Shown here piece by piece: positions 26,357 through 39,734 of a stretch of 64,000 nucleotides of DNA. A program made the position numbers and the translations under genes. Numbering within the stretch: position 1 is the first letter of the stretch; each line of letters opens with the position of its first letter. The stretch is from Octopus bimaculoides. Its lineage: Eukaryota. The stretch is from assembly GCF_001194135.2 (NCBI RefSeq), contig NC_068983.1, forward strand, positions 159,532,509-159,596,508, in the 5' to 3' direction. The notes beneath the pieces are model-generated. The model saw only the letters and a program-made list of their open reading frames with translations, ran no database searches and was not told the DNA's origin.

Positions 26357-26637
26357 CTCGAACTGGTAGTGCGCCCCCCTTGGCAATGCTATCGGGACGC
26401 ACTACCAGTTCGAGAGAAGGTCTACAGACACGGTTCGAAAACCACCGGACCGACCTGCCCGAGATGCGGTCAGAGCGACGAAACCGTTCTGCACGCACTC
26501 GTGCAGTGTCCAGATATTTCAGAGCTGTGGACCTTCGTCGAACGGCTGCTGTCGCGTGTGGGACGAGCCCGCTTATCGGCCGAGTCTATCGTGAATATTG
26601 TTCCGCCACCTTCCTTTAAACGGGAAGGAAAAACGGT
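26355..26637 (+). mobile_element. Second 5'-truncated Tx1 copy, runs into a gap
   Basis: WQCYRDALPVREKVYRHGSKTTGPTCPRCGQSDETVLHALVQCP..., closely similar to the preceding copy. Confidence 0.9.
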
Positions 26638-26930
26638 NNNNNNNNNNNNNNNNNNNNNNNNNNNNNNNNNNNNNNNNNNNNNNNNNNNNNNNNNNNNNNN
26701 NNNNNNNNNNNNNNNNNNNNNNNNNNNNNNNNNNNNNNNNNNNNNNNNNNNNNNNNNNNNNNNNNNNNNNNNNNNNNNNNNNNNNNNNNNNNNNNNNNNN
26801 NNNNNNNNNNNNNNNNNNNNNNNNNNNNNNNNNNNNNNNNNNNNNNNNNNNNNNNNNNNNNNNNNNNNNNNNNNNNNNNNNNNNNNNNNNNNNNNNNNNN
26901 NNNATCTATCTATCTATCTGTCTGTCTGTT

Positions 26931-27003
<73 letters not shown>

Positions 27004-27117
27004 GCTTGCCAGCTTGTGTGCCCGCCTGTCTGCCTGCCTGTCTGTCTGCCAACCTGTCTGCCTCTATGCCTTTCTGCCTGCCTACCTGCCTGCTTGCCTG
27101 CCTACCTGTCTGACTGA

Positions 27118-27164
<47 letters not shown>

Positions 27165-28578
27165 CTTGCGTCGTGCGCGCGCGCAGTATGTGTCTGTGTG
27201 TGTATAAATGTTATGAAGGATATCTGTATATATTTAGATGTCAGATCATCATAGTCGTTTAATGAAATAAGTTATTTGGTGTTTCATACTATAAATATAA
27301 AATAACAATTTGTTCTAAATCTCTGAGTGAAATATATACAATAATAGTACCGAATAGTAATGTTTATATACCAACAAATTGCGAAATCTCTCTCCACTCG
27401 GAAATGCTGTTGCGGTACTGTTCGGTATATTCTGTACTGCTACTGTATAAATCTCACTCAGAGATTTAAAACAAATTGTTTTTCTCTATACGAGATCAAC
27501 GACTGTGTGTCCCTTATAGAATATATAGCATTTGCGAGTGAAGAGAGCTTTCGTCACTAGCTTGTGATTATCTCACACTGAGAACGGGTAACCACCCAGA
27601 AACCTAAGGTCGGTGAGTATCACGTAAGGCTAGAGATGGGAGCGATGAACTCCCTTCCAAATTGCTAAACAAACATAAAGTGTGTGCTGATAGCCAGCTC
27701 GAAAAGATGTTTTCCTGGGGCTAAAACAACAGTAACATCGTCCTTTATAGGACTGCCGCATTTTGTTGGTATATAAACATTACTATAAAATAACAATTGA
27801 CTATAAGTTTCCTTTTGTTACCTTCACTGGACTTAGACTCTTTAATTTTATGTCTCTGCTTTCCCACTTTTAATGTCACTTTAATGTAATTTGCGAATAG
27901 TAGTGCATAACCGTAGTTAAGTGCTATACATATCTCTTGCTCTTTAACTCACAGCTAAATGCTTCTTAATTTGAGAAAGGTTTATATATAACGCGGTGTT
28001 TTAAATTGAATATAAATTGAATTATTCTACTTATTATATTGCTTGCTTCTATGGCTTCATTCTTTTAAATGAATTTAGCAGTCAAATAATATCATTCATG
28101 TAACTAGGAGAAACACCACATCTCCTCCCCGTGCACACACACGCACGCACACATACGTGCACTCACGCGCGCGCGCGCACACACACATATTTATGTATTA
28201 GGTAGCATTGTCCGAACCATATTTTACTAAACTCTAAGGAAAAATACAAACTAGTCAAACGGGGAAATATGAAAGGAAGACGAACAAATGTGCGACGATG
28301 TGTTCTCAGTTTCTGACAAGTCATAACTGCTAATCAGAATATTGCCAGTAATATACAAGTGAGTCAAAGTTTTAAGTTTGGTACAATATAAGAAGACAAG
28401 AGTACTGTAGTAAAAGAGAACTGCAGAGACTGTGCTGTAGTTTTTGAGTAATAGATGTTGAAAATAAAGAATAAAAGTGATACTTGTATCAGTGGAATAT
28501 TTAAGTGCATAAATATTTTAGATTGATTTAATAGGCTTAAAATTTTCATTACATTTTAAACCTTGCGTTTTGATTATA

Positions 28579-28870
28579 ATATTAATTTCAAATTTTGACA
28601 CAAGGTCAGCAATTTCGGGGAAGGGGAGTAAGTCGATTACATAGAAGCCAGTGCTTGAGGAGATGAAATGCAAAGTCGACCTCGGCAGAATTTGAACTCA
28701 GAACGTAATGATGGACGAAATGCTGTTAAGCATTTTGCTCAGACATTTTGATAATAATATATAGTATCGGGGTCGCTAAAATAAGTATCAGTTGAGCACT
28801 TGGGTCGGTGTAACCGGCTAACTTCCACTTCTGAAATTCCTGGCTTTGTGCCAAAATTTGAAACCAATAT
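28579..28870. mobile_element. Two SINE family B fragments in opposite orientation
   Basis: Minus fragment ~28579-28745 and plus 3' fragment ~28765-28870 with complementary tails (atttcaaattttgacacaagg / ctttgtgccaaaatttgaaac). Confidence 0.65.
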
Positions 28871-30311
28871 ATAAAGTATTTGGTGTTATAATTTTGTGTG
28901 ATCAGAACACATCTTTTTCCATCATTGAAAACAAAAATGTATTAATTTACTTTGCATAATTAGGTTTTGCTATCTTAGAATATAGTTGCTGCGAATAAAA
29001 GATTTTCATTTAATTAGAGTTCGAGCTAGATAAGGAACCTATCATTTTTGTTTGCATTTATTCAGAGATCTGCCATTAAGATGGTAAAGAAACAGTTTTC
29101 TGTATTCTGAATTTAGTAATTATTTTCAAATTTACCTGAATTATAAAACCAGGCAATATATTCACCTAAACGGTGGGGCAAATTGAAGACTACTAACATA
29201 TATTTTTGTTGATATACAAACATTTTGTTCCTGAAAAGACTAAAATCGATTCTACCAAAATTGATAATTTTTTGGTACTTATTGTATTTATAGCAGCGAC
29301 TCTCTAGAATTCGCTAATAATTAACTGGCTTATATATTAAATTCTGTTTCTTTATTAAAAATCACCAGAGAATAGTTAGAATTCTTGTCAAGGGATGATT
29401 TGTCTGGCATTCGTTGAATGCCACCTTAACAAGTAATCAGTACTGATCTAATGGACTCCGGATAATCATGAAGCGAGTATTCTGAATGAAATGATACTAC
29501 AATACGTTTAGGTTGCCAATCCTCTTTAAAGCTGGTATTCCTATGTCACTTTACTTTTATGTAAAACATCATCAGAGAAAAATTTGTCTCTCATTCGTTA
29601 TGTATCATGTCGTTATCTACACCTGAAATAGTGGTCTACACGCATAGTGAAAAAGAAACCAGTACTGTTTAATATCAAAGAGTATTGAGTTAACAGAATC
29701 GTTACGAGCTCCGGTTTAAATTCTAGTGTTGCAATATTTCTCTGTTCCTCCAAGTTTACATGCCTTGAGAACCAATGGAACAAGCCACTGGAAATAAACT
29801 CTATTTGTTTTGGCTTATTTTTGTTTAATGGAATTTGTTTGAGAGAGAAGGGGGAGGGAGGAGGAAGAGAGAGAGAGAGAGAGGAAGAAAGAGGGTGGAA
29901 AGAGAGAAGATGGGAATAAAGTCTGAGTGTGAGTGAAAGTAGGTCGCGCGTGTATGCCGTGTTTGCAGTAATATAACGTGTTATAAATACATAGTATTAA
30001 TGTGACTGTTATGTATTTGACCCTGCGTGTCAGATCACTTGAAATAGGAGTGTCACGGTTTGGGTAAGGTTTAGGCTCGACTGAATCATAGCTTGAAGAA
30101 AGTTGACATATATCGACTATCCATGGTACTTTATTATCTCGGAAGGATGAATGGTAAAGTTAATTTTGTTCGACACTAACGATTTTATCACTCTACTGTC
30201 CCAAGAAAAAAAAATTCTATTTTAATTGTGAGTGGCAAGTATCATAAAACTGCTACTGATCGAACCCAAAATGTGATTTCGATCCGAGTTTGAAACTTTT
30301 TATTTACTTAT

Positions 30312-30491
30312 GTCACTAATATTGGTTTGAAATTTGGGAATAAGGACAACAATTTTGGTGAAGTGTATAAGTCATTTACATCGAGACCAGTGCTCAGCGA
30401 AATTTGAATTCAGAACGCAAAAGCGGACAAAATGCCGTTAATCATTTTGCCCGTCGTACTATCGATTCTGCCAACTCGTCACTAATATTGG
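30312..30491 (-). mobile_element. Internally shortened SINE family B variant with 14-bp direct repeats (probable TSD)
   Basis: gtcactaatattgg at 30312-30325 and 30478-30491; aaatttgaattcagaacg motif between them. Confidence 0.7.
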
Positions 30492-31150
30492 AGATTGGTA
30501 TTTTGTGCTCATTCAAAAGAAACAGTTCAGTATGTATAGAGGAGAGTAAAGATAAAAACAAATGATTTAATATTCATGTAGTTTGTAAGAACATTAACAA
30601 AATTAAAGGAACGGCATGACTGATTGGGAACCGAAACCAAATCACTGACATTGCTCGTAAGGAACCTTTATTCTTTGGCATTTCATTATTTGGAATTTAT
30701 ATTGTTGACGAAGCTCAAAGGGGATTAAAGAGAAAATACATATAATATCGGACTAAATTAACGAAAGCAGAGTACAAGCTATAAAGTAATATTCCCTTGT
30801 GATTGATGGCTACAGTTTTATTCCTTTTATAATGATGTTAGAAACAGAAACAAATTTGCAATCAGAAATCGAAACTGAGCTGTCATTTAGATTTAGAGGG
30901 AAATTCACAAAGGCTGGCCTGAAAAATCGATCGATACAGTAGTCAAATCTCCCCTAAATCCTACTCGTCTTTAAGGACTCATTAGATAACACATATCTAG
31001 ATTCGGACTCAGTAGATAACCTATACGACTGAAAATAAGGCAGGATGATTGTTTATAACACAGACATCTTTGGTCGCCAGGGATGTTGACCTGAGTCTAA
31101 ACAACAACTATGAATGTAGTTGTTCTACAGCAATCACCACGCAAACACTA

Positions 31151-31186
<36 letters not shown>

Positions 31187-31312
31187 GCGCGCACACACGC
31201 ACGCGCGCACGCGCACACGCACATAATAGGTAGGTGTATGTGTGTGTGTAATTTTAAATTGATTTCTAACGTAGCAACAAAGTTATATATATGTGTATGT
31301 ATAGGAAAGAAG

Positions 31313-31908
31313 GGATCTTTTTTTAAACGGGGACCACATTTTTCATTAACGAAACACTTTGAAACTTGGAACACTGGTAGAATGTGTCATATAAAACATC
31401 TTTTTCTCTTAGTCTTCTTAAAAAAAAAAAATCCATAAGTTATTCCATGTTAAAGTTGTCGTATTTCTGTAATTTCAACCAATCACTGACGTCCATTCAG
31501 CCGATATACATTAAGTGCCGACTACATAAACAAACGATTCTGAAACAATTAACCCTAACCCTAACCCTAACTCTAACCCTAACCCTAACCCTAGGGTTAG
31601 GGTTAGGGTTAGGGTTAAAGCAAATTTAAAATGAAAAAAGCAAATAAAACGAAGGTATGGAGATTAAGTACGCTTTACATCGCTTAATCAGCCAAAGGAG
31701 TAAATGTAAACAACTGAATACTTGTCAGTGATTGGTTGAAATTATCGAAATAAGACAATTTTTTACATGAAATAAATTCGAATACAAAAATATTTTTCTG
31801 TTCTATAACACAAAATAGATAAGTATACGAAGTTTGAAAGTCTTTCCGTACCAAAAACACTACGTAAAACATTAATGAAAAATGTGGCCCCCGTTTTAAA
31901 ATAGATCC
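31313..31908. mobile_element. 596-bp MITE with long TIRs, perfect 8-bp TSD and central telomere-like palindrome (Merlin-like)
   Basis: TSD GAAAGAAG at 31305-31312 and 31909-31916. Terminal 39 bp match 35/39 and begin GGATCT. Arm homology extends to aatttcaaccaatcactgac / gtcagtgattggttgaaatt. Confidence 0.9.
31550..31617. repeat. (TAACCC)7-TA-(GGGTTA)4 inverted telomere-like array
   Basis: Direct reading; one TAACTC variant unit. Confidence 0.95.
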
Positions 31909-32149
31909 GAAAGAAGTATTGTCGGTTAAAATAACTACATGTAATACATGATACTAAGCTCATCGACTTTGCTATGATTTAAACACAAGACTCTGAAGGA
32001 GGACACTGCAAAGTGTGAATCATTTATAGCAACAGGCTATCACATCTACTTTACGAGTGGTTTTAGTTTAATATTGATTCCTTTTTGACTATCAGCATTT
32101 ACAGAGGTTGCATATGTTTGATTGTGCCTCTTTTACTTCTGTGGAATAG

Positions 32150-32205
32150 AATGCGAATGTGAACTCCGCAAAGCAAAGCCCGCCCCCAAGAAGGACGAAA
32201 AATAA
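32150..32205 (+). CDS. Candidate terminal exon (xCECELRKAKPAPKKDEK*)
   Basis: GC-rich island after cctcttttacttctgtggaatag|; phase-1 entry, TAA at 32203-32205 overlapping AATAAA. Confidence 0.35.
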
Positions 32206-33775
32206 ATGCTGTTTCTTATCTCACCATCAGACTACCGACAGTAAAATTAAAAATGTTTTAATATATCAAGCCCTACCGTTGCAGAACTGACTTCAAAAAC
32301 TTATAATTTTCTCAGCTAACCACTACTTAAACACAGCCGTTAAATTATCTTTCATCTATTCTTTAAAATATTTAAGTTATAAAACGTTCTTTACAAATAT
32401 GTCAAAACTTGAGGAAATTTCATAGCGGTTGTCTTTTTATCAATATTTCAATATTGGTGTTTTTATTTTCATCTTATTAAAATTGCTCTAAACCCACTTA
32501 TGCTAGTTTCATTAGATTTCTTTTTTATATTTGCACTATTACATTCAAGATCACTTCTGCTGATAAATCTGGTAATCATCGCTGTTAATATATTTACACA
32601 CATTCTTCTTCAATTTTCCGTGAACAATAATCAACATCAACAAACAACTTCTGAAAGAACCAAGTGAGCAGGGATCGTTTAAGAGGTAATATCGATTTTA
32701 TATGTCACCAACAAAACACGCTAATTCCGGGAAGTGAATTATTCTCTAAAAATAGCGTTGCAGTTTTTTCCGTGACTATTTCTAAAGTCTACATCATTGA
32801 TCTATTTTTATATTTCTTTTGCTCTGTTCTTTCATATTGACTTCTATTCCATTTCTGTTGCTGTTGGGATTTTCTTCCTTATTTATGTTTAGCACAATAC
32901 GTATTACCGCATTTTCTTCTGTGTAATGTACTTTCTGATTTATAATAAGTTGCTAGAAATAAATCGTTCATTGATGAGTTGCTCTTTTCGATTTTACCCT
33001 ATTTTTATCGAAGGATCTTTCTTAGAGCAATAATGTAACTATTGATGATACAAGATTATATTTCCTCATAAATATTCATTCTTTTACTCCTTAAATTATT
33101 TCTTAAGACGTTGATACTGGAGATGCAGATGTTTCTGGAAGACTCCATATAAGATTATCTGCTCTATTGATGAGTGTACTATATTTACCAAATATATGAC
33201 GCAATATCTTCATTGTATACGCCTAGATTTAATCTAGGGTAAACTATTGGACTAACTGAACTACGTAGTTACTTGGGCCATAAAGTTAGCAGCATATATA
33301 CTGAGTGATAATCTATATTCATATGGTACAGTATACTTTGTAGGTTTATCAAACAGCTTATAGGATATCATAATGATATTTCTGTTTTCTTTCTGTTGTA
33401 AATGATATAATTTTCAAAGATGAATTATTGCGATAATAATGTAGCATAAACGTAGCACTGAGGTTGTAAAATATTGACATTCTCTTGTTGATAGGGAGTT
33501 AACGGATTCTAATCAAGCTTAGCGAAATAGTACAGGAATAAGGCAAAAGAAGCTGATCAGAGAAAGACTTGTTCAGCTGTGTTTCTGTGAAAAAATATCA
33601 AAAAGCACTGGAGAGCTGAGATTAGAACTCAGGAACGTGTATGTTATTAATTAAGCCTTACATAATTATGACAATTTTGTTACTGATGATTTGGTAACTC
33701 ATCTAGCTGAAGTAGTGTAAAAGGTTGGAATAACCAGTTCATTACTCATTTAGTGTTTAAAATATGGCTATTGGT

Positions 33776-33934
33776 ACAGGCATGGGTATGAGGTTAAGAC
33801 GTTTACTTCGCAACCGTATGGTTTTGGTGTAGTCTCACTGTGCAGTCTCTTGGGCAAATGCCTTCAGTTATAGTCCCATGCTGACTAATGCCTTATGAAT
33901 GAATTTGGTTGACAGAATGTGTGTAGAAGCCAGT

Positions 33935-34004
<70 letters not shown>

Positions 34005-34081
34005 GATCTGATGTTTGTTCTCCGATCAATGTTTATATATATATATATATANNNNNNNNNNNNNNNNNNNNNNNNNNNNNN

Positions 34082-34127
<46 letters not shown>

Positions 34128-34490
34128 CATGTATGTGTGTATAGATGCATGTATGAATGTATGTGTGTGTATATATGTATGCATGTATGTGTGTGTGTAT
34201 ATATGTACATGCACACACATACATATATGTGTGTGTGTGAGTAAGTATGTAAGGTTTGTGCGCATGTGTGCATGCGTGCGTGTGTGTGTGTGAGCACGCG
34301 TCTGTGTGTTCATGTTTGTATTTGGCTAGCTACTGCTTGAAAATTGATGTTGGTTTGTTTACATCGCAATAACTTAACGTTTCCACAGAAGTTACCCATA
34401 TAATATGGACTAGACTTAAAATAAGAATTAGTGTGAATTTCCTTCACGAAATCTATACGATAATGCTACAGCATGGTCATAAACCATGTA
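33776..34490 (+). mobile_element. Degenerate SINE family C with internal (TCTA)n/(TA)n/gap/(TG)n
   Basis: Head caggcatgggtatgaggttaag...ttgggcaaatg...gaatttggttgacagaa; body resumes after the microsatellites. Confidence 0.65.
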
Positions 34491-36467
34491 AAAGAATTGA
34501 AGAATGTATGCTTTAGACCAATTTAGATTTTATGTACGACTGTTTACAAACAATTGTGTGTAGATGGAGATTAAAATACATTTTGAATAGTTGTATGTTA
34601 AAATTCATTATGTCTACATGAACACGTGTAAACATCAGCACGTGTAAAAGTCGGACAGTTTATTTGTAGATTAATGGGACTCATGTAACAATGTATAGAT
34701 CATCCAGGATAAAACAGTCACTATAACACCCTATGATATTCTACCGCACTACAAAAGACATCTCATACATAGGAAATTATTTATAACGTTCTATTTTCAC
34801 ATATTAAACCTCTTTTGTAGAGCAGTCTATGATGGCTCAAATAATTTAAAGCCCTCATATTTCTGAAAGAGGAGTCAAATCTAGCATGATAAAATGACAG
34901 TAGCACCTCCATCGAATGCTCCACATCATACAAACATTTAGATCTTACACCGGTTACACATTAGCCCCACCCAACTAAAAATAAAACTAGAGTATAGCAT
35001 AATTTACGACATCAAAAGCTACATTTGTTGTATTATATAATGTGCAAAAGACAGATTGCCGTCACTAGAATTAGCTCCTTCAACAATAACATGACTACTA
35101 TACTGTAAGAAGTTGAATAAGAAAAGTAAATTTATATGTAAAAGTAGGAAATCAAAAGAAAATACTGCTTAATTTTCTAGTACATTCATAATGAATTTTA
35201 ACTTTGCCACTCTGAGAATGGTATAAGCGAATGAGTCTTCCCTTGTATTCTACAGATGTGCACTGTTAGGTCAAGAAAAGGACGTAAAACAAAGATAACC
35301 ATGGTAATATCTGAAATCAGAATATAAAACAACAATTTATGTGTAAAGCCTTTAATCTTGCGCTGTTTTCTTTTTCCTATTCCAGTTTTGATTCAAGCTA
35401 GATAATATCAATCTATCAAATATTAACGATCTCTTCTAGTTTATGTGAAACCATATAAAAGCTGTTGTTTTTATATTTAAGTGAATAGGAAAATGCTTCT
35501 TGAATCTATCAGACAAGTGTAAGACAAGCTGAAACTATATTACAGTTTGGAAAACGTTTATTTAGTAACATTGGCACGCTGTAGAATATTCGTAAGTTCG
35601 CGAGAATCCGGGTTTGTAACAGTAGCTCAGTCCTTATATTTTACATCTTTTAGTTCATATATTTAAAAGAGAACACCATCTCTACAAAACTGACCTATTC
35701 TTGACTTAAAGACCATCTAACCACTCATTCAGGATTATGTATCGTTTGGTTTTCATTTGATGAAGAAATAGCCAACTATTAATTTTCGTAAGTAGAGTCA
35801 GATGTAGGATTTTAGGCAACAATTTATCAAATTAAATTTTCAAATAGATGTGTGATGATAGTACATCCATTGATCGTGAATTATATATGCTTAACGACGT
35901 ATCATTAAAATCAATCCAAAATAACTGATTCGTTTTCGTTGAACATCAAAGAAGAAACTCTGCTGAGAAAATTAAAATGTATCACTGAACTATTGAACTA
36001 TTATGAATGAACCAATGATTAAAGTAAAATAATCCCAGAATAGGTTTTTATGAATTTCTGACATAAATGGAATGGAAAGCTTGTCCTAAGAAAGGCCCTG
36101 GGAAATCTTCCCCTGCTATAAAGTTAATGTCGATGACTTAATATGATAGATCAGTTTTAACTTCATTATTAACTTCAATACGACCGTAACCACAACCACA
36201 ACCACAAGCACAACGACATCTACGAGTGCAACAGTATCACATCATCGGCATTATGAACACAACCACCGTAAATAGAATAGCGCAATTTTAAGGCTTCTTA
36301 GAGATTTCTAAGTTCTTGTATTGATGGCGTCAGATACTCTGGGATGGAAGTTCATAATTGCTTTTGCCCGATGCTCTTAAATCCCCATCACATTCTGTAT
36401 GTTTTGTATGAGACGTTATAAGTTTCAGAAAATACTTTAGTTATATACTATGCTAGAGTGATTGTGA

Positions 36468-36468
36468 A

Positions 36469-36525
<57 letters not shown>

Positions 36526-36560
36526 GCTGCTGCTTCTGCTGCTGCTGCTGCTACCACCAC
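36468..36560. repeat. (CTA)n/(CTG)n trinucleotide tract
   Basis: Direct reading. Confidence 0.95.
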
Positions 36561-37109
36561 CATTACCATTTTAGTTTCAACAAATAGGCATAGGAAAGCC
36601 ATGCTGTCACAGACTGAAAAAGTGGGATAGAGGACTGCTTTCTATGGTATGCTACTCGTGAAACTGCATGTTCTTCTGGGGTTGTTCTTGTACACTACAT
36701 AGGCTTGATATCATTACAGCTTCCTTCCGCAGCAGCGTTTTGTGCCGTTTCTTGAGTTTGTGATTAAGTTTTTTTTTTATAAAAGTGTTATAGTGAATGA
36801 CGTTGTCAACTTTACTAATTTGTCAACTAATTTTAATTTGGTGAGAAATTGTCAAATATTTCATTGAGAATTTGAAAAAAGGCCCACCTTTAGCAGACGA
36901 CAACTAACAAATTACGATGTAAGGAGCTAATGAAAGCAATTCAGATTATGTAACCTGTGTTCATTTCACATAAATCAAGACGTATAAGGATCTATGTTTC
37001 CAGCAAAGTGTTTTTTATTGAGCACGTTTATGCGTTAGCTCGACAAAGCAAAACAGACCACACACATACATTGCAAATATACACAGACACACACACATAT
37101 ATGTATGTA

Positions 37110-37181
<72 letters not shown>

Positions 37182-37660
37182 NNNNNNNNNNNNNNNNNNN
37201 NNNNNNNNNNNNNNNNNNNNNNNNNNNNNNNNNNNNNNNNNNNNNNNNNNNNNNNNNNNNNNNNNNNNNNNNNNNNNNNNNNNNNNNNNNNNNNNNNNNN
37301 NNNNNNNNNNNNNNNNNNNNNNNNNNNNNNNNNNNNNNNNNNNNNNNNNNNNNNNNNNNNNNNNNNNNNNNNNNNNNNNNNNNNNNNNNNNNNNNNNNNN
37401 NNNNNNNNNNNNNNNNNNNNNNNNNNNNNNNNNNNNNNNNNNNNNNNNNNNNNNNNNNNNNNNNNNNNNNNNNNNNNNNNNNNNNNNNNNNNNNNNNNNN
37501 NNNNNNNNNNNNNNNNNNNNNNNNNNNNNNNNNNNNNNNNNNNNNNNNNNNNNNNNNNNNNNNNNNNNNNNNNNNNNNNNNNNNNNNNNNNNNNNNNNNN
37601 NNNNNNNNNNNNNNNNNNNNNNNNNNNNNNNNNNNNNNNNNNNNNNNNNNNNNNNNNNNN

Positions 37661-37695
<35 letters not shown>

Positions 37696-37999
37696 ATAGC
37701 CTTCATAGACCCCCATCTCACTCGAGACTAGTGAGATTAACATATAATCTCTGTGTGTGTGCGTGTGTGTGCGTGCGTGTGTGTGCGTGCGCGTGAGTGG
37801 TAAAAGGTAGAGAGGGTGTTAGAGGGGGAAAGTTAAAAAAAGGAATTAAATGAAAAATAGAAATAATACAGAGAGTAAAGGAGCGAAAGAAAGGTATTTA
37901 GAGAGAAAGGAGGAATAGAAAGAGAAGGTAAAGAAGATATAGATAATAAAAGAGGGAAAAGAAAGATGACAGAAAATAGAAGTAAATCAAATCCTACTA

Positions 38000-38939
38000 A
38001 TATTGATGTATCATATTTAATCAATAAGTTGACCAAATTTAAAATGTAAGTGGTGGTAAATGTGAGAGGATGATGTCGATATTTTAGGTAGTGTTGGTGG
38101 TCGTAGGGATGATAGTATTAGTGGTGTTAGAGCTGCTACGACTGGTGGTGGTAGAGGAGGATTTTGATGGTTTTTTTCCATGATGATGATGGTGATGAAT
38201 ACGATGATGACGATATTAGTGTTGGTGATGAGGCTATAATTATAGTTGCTCTCGCTCGGTGAGAACAATGGCAAAGATGTAGGCGAGGGGGGTAGGGACA
38301 ATATTAATAACCATTTTGCTTGTCGGACTATTAGTAGCATTAGTTTGTTTTTTCAAGAAATCAGTACAAGAGATATAAGTGGCTAGAGCAGAAGTAGTAA
38401 CAGTGGTGGTTGTAAAGGTGTTGTGTCTGTGCTTAGTAGTAGTAGTGGCAGCAGCAGCAGCAGCAGTAGTAGTATTAGTAGTAGCGATGAAGCTGGTAAT
38501 AGTTGATGATTAGGATAATGTTGGCGATGATGATGGTGGTAGTGGACATTATGAAAATGACTGTTGTGATGATAACAATAACAGGCGGAGTTAGCAGTAA
38601 TGATGGAAATGTTATTAGTGGTGATGGCTCCGGCGATAAGTAGTAGTAGCAGTAGTAGTAGTAGTAGCAGTAGTAGTAGTAGTAGCAGTAGTAGTAGTAG
38701 TAGCAGTTGTCAATATAGAGATAAAGGGTGATGTCAGAGTGGTGGTAACGGCGATGCTTTTGAATCTGGTGTTGATTAGGATGGTGCCAGTTATTAGAGT
38801 ATGGGCTGTTGTCGAACAAGTGGTGGTACGCCTGTAGTTGAAGTGAGGGTGATAGAAGCTGTGGTAGTGCTGGTGGTAGTCATGGTGATGAAGTAAGGCT
38901 GTTTCAGGTGAAGTGATGATAGTCGGGGAAATTAGAGTA

Positions 38940-38980
<41 letters not shown>

Positions 38981-38993
38981 CAGCAGTAGCAGC

Positions 38994-39029
<36 letters not shown>

Positions 39030-39070
39030 TGTTGTAGTAGTAGTTGTTGTTGTTGTTGCTGTTGTTGGTA
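38000..39070. repeat. Cryptically simple (GGT/GAT/AGT)-rich region with (AGT)n arrays
   Basis: Direct reading; gives poly-S, poly-Y and poly-T pseudo-ORFs. Confidence 0.85.
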
Positions 39071-39734
39071 CTGTTTTAACCTAAGGTCAGCTCTGATTGA
39101 ACAGACTTTATGAGAAAGAACGTTCCAACCTTGACCATCTTTACTTTATTATCGACATCATGTATCTCAAAACTGTATTATCGAAANNNNNNNNNNATCT
39201 CAAAACTGTATTATCGAAAATTCCCAACCAGTATATACTACGCTATGATTTGAGGGAGGTATTTCGTATTTCTATGGGATGGAGGTCCCCTGATTGCTTC
39301 CCTTGTTGACGGCTGTATAATTATTGTTGTAGTTAGTGGTGGAAGATTGTAAACGTAGGTGTTGGTGATAGTGGAGCTAAATTAGTGTTACTTGTGGTGA
39401 TATTAGTTGTATTGTTTTACTGAAGACAGTTATAAAGGTATTGGTATTGATAATGTTAATTATTTGGTGTTGTGATAATTAAGGTATTGCTTGTGTTTTC
39501 ATTGCTAATTTTTATAGGGTGGTGGATCGGTTGCGTTGTTAGAACGTTAGAAGAAAATGCTTTGCGATATTGGTTCAAGCGTTGTATGTCTCAGTTCAGA
39601 TTCTGCTGAGGGCAACTTAGCTTTTTCATGTTTTCAGAGTCAATAGATTAAGTACCAGTGAAATAATGATATTGATAGCTGCACGTTCTGCTCCACCAAA
39701 TATCTATCCTTGTGCCAGACTCCGAAAGAGTGAT

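Noticed and set aside
31550-31617. Ancient telomere-telomere fusion site
   Set aside because: The orientation is opposite to a fusion, and the array sits inside a TSD-flanked MITE.
39168-39219. 23-bp direct repeat atctcaaaactgtattatcgaaa
   Set aside because: The copies flank a 10-N gap, so this is almost certainly an unmerged contig overlap.
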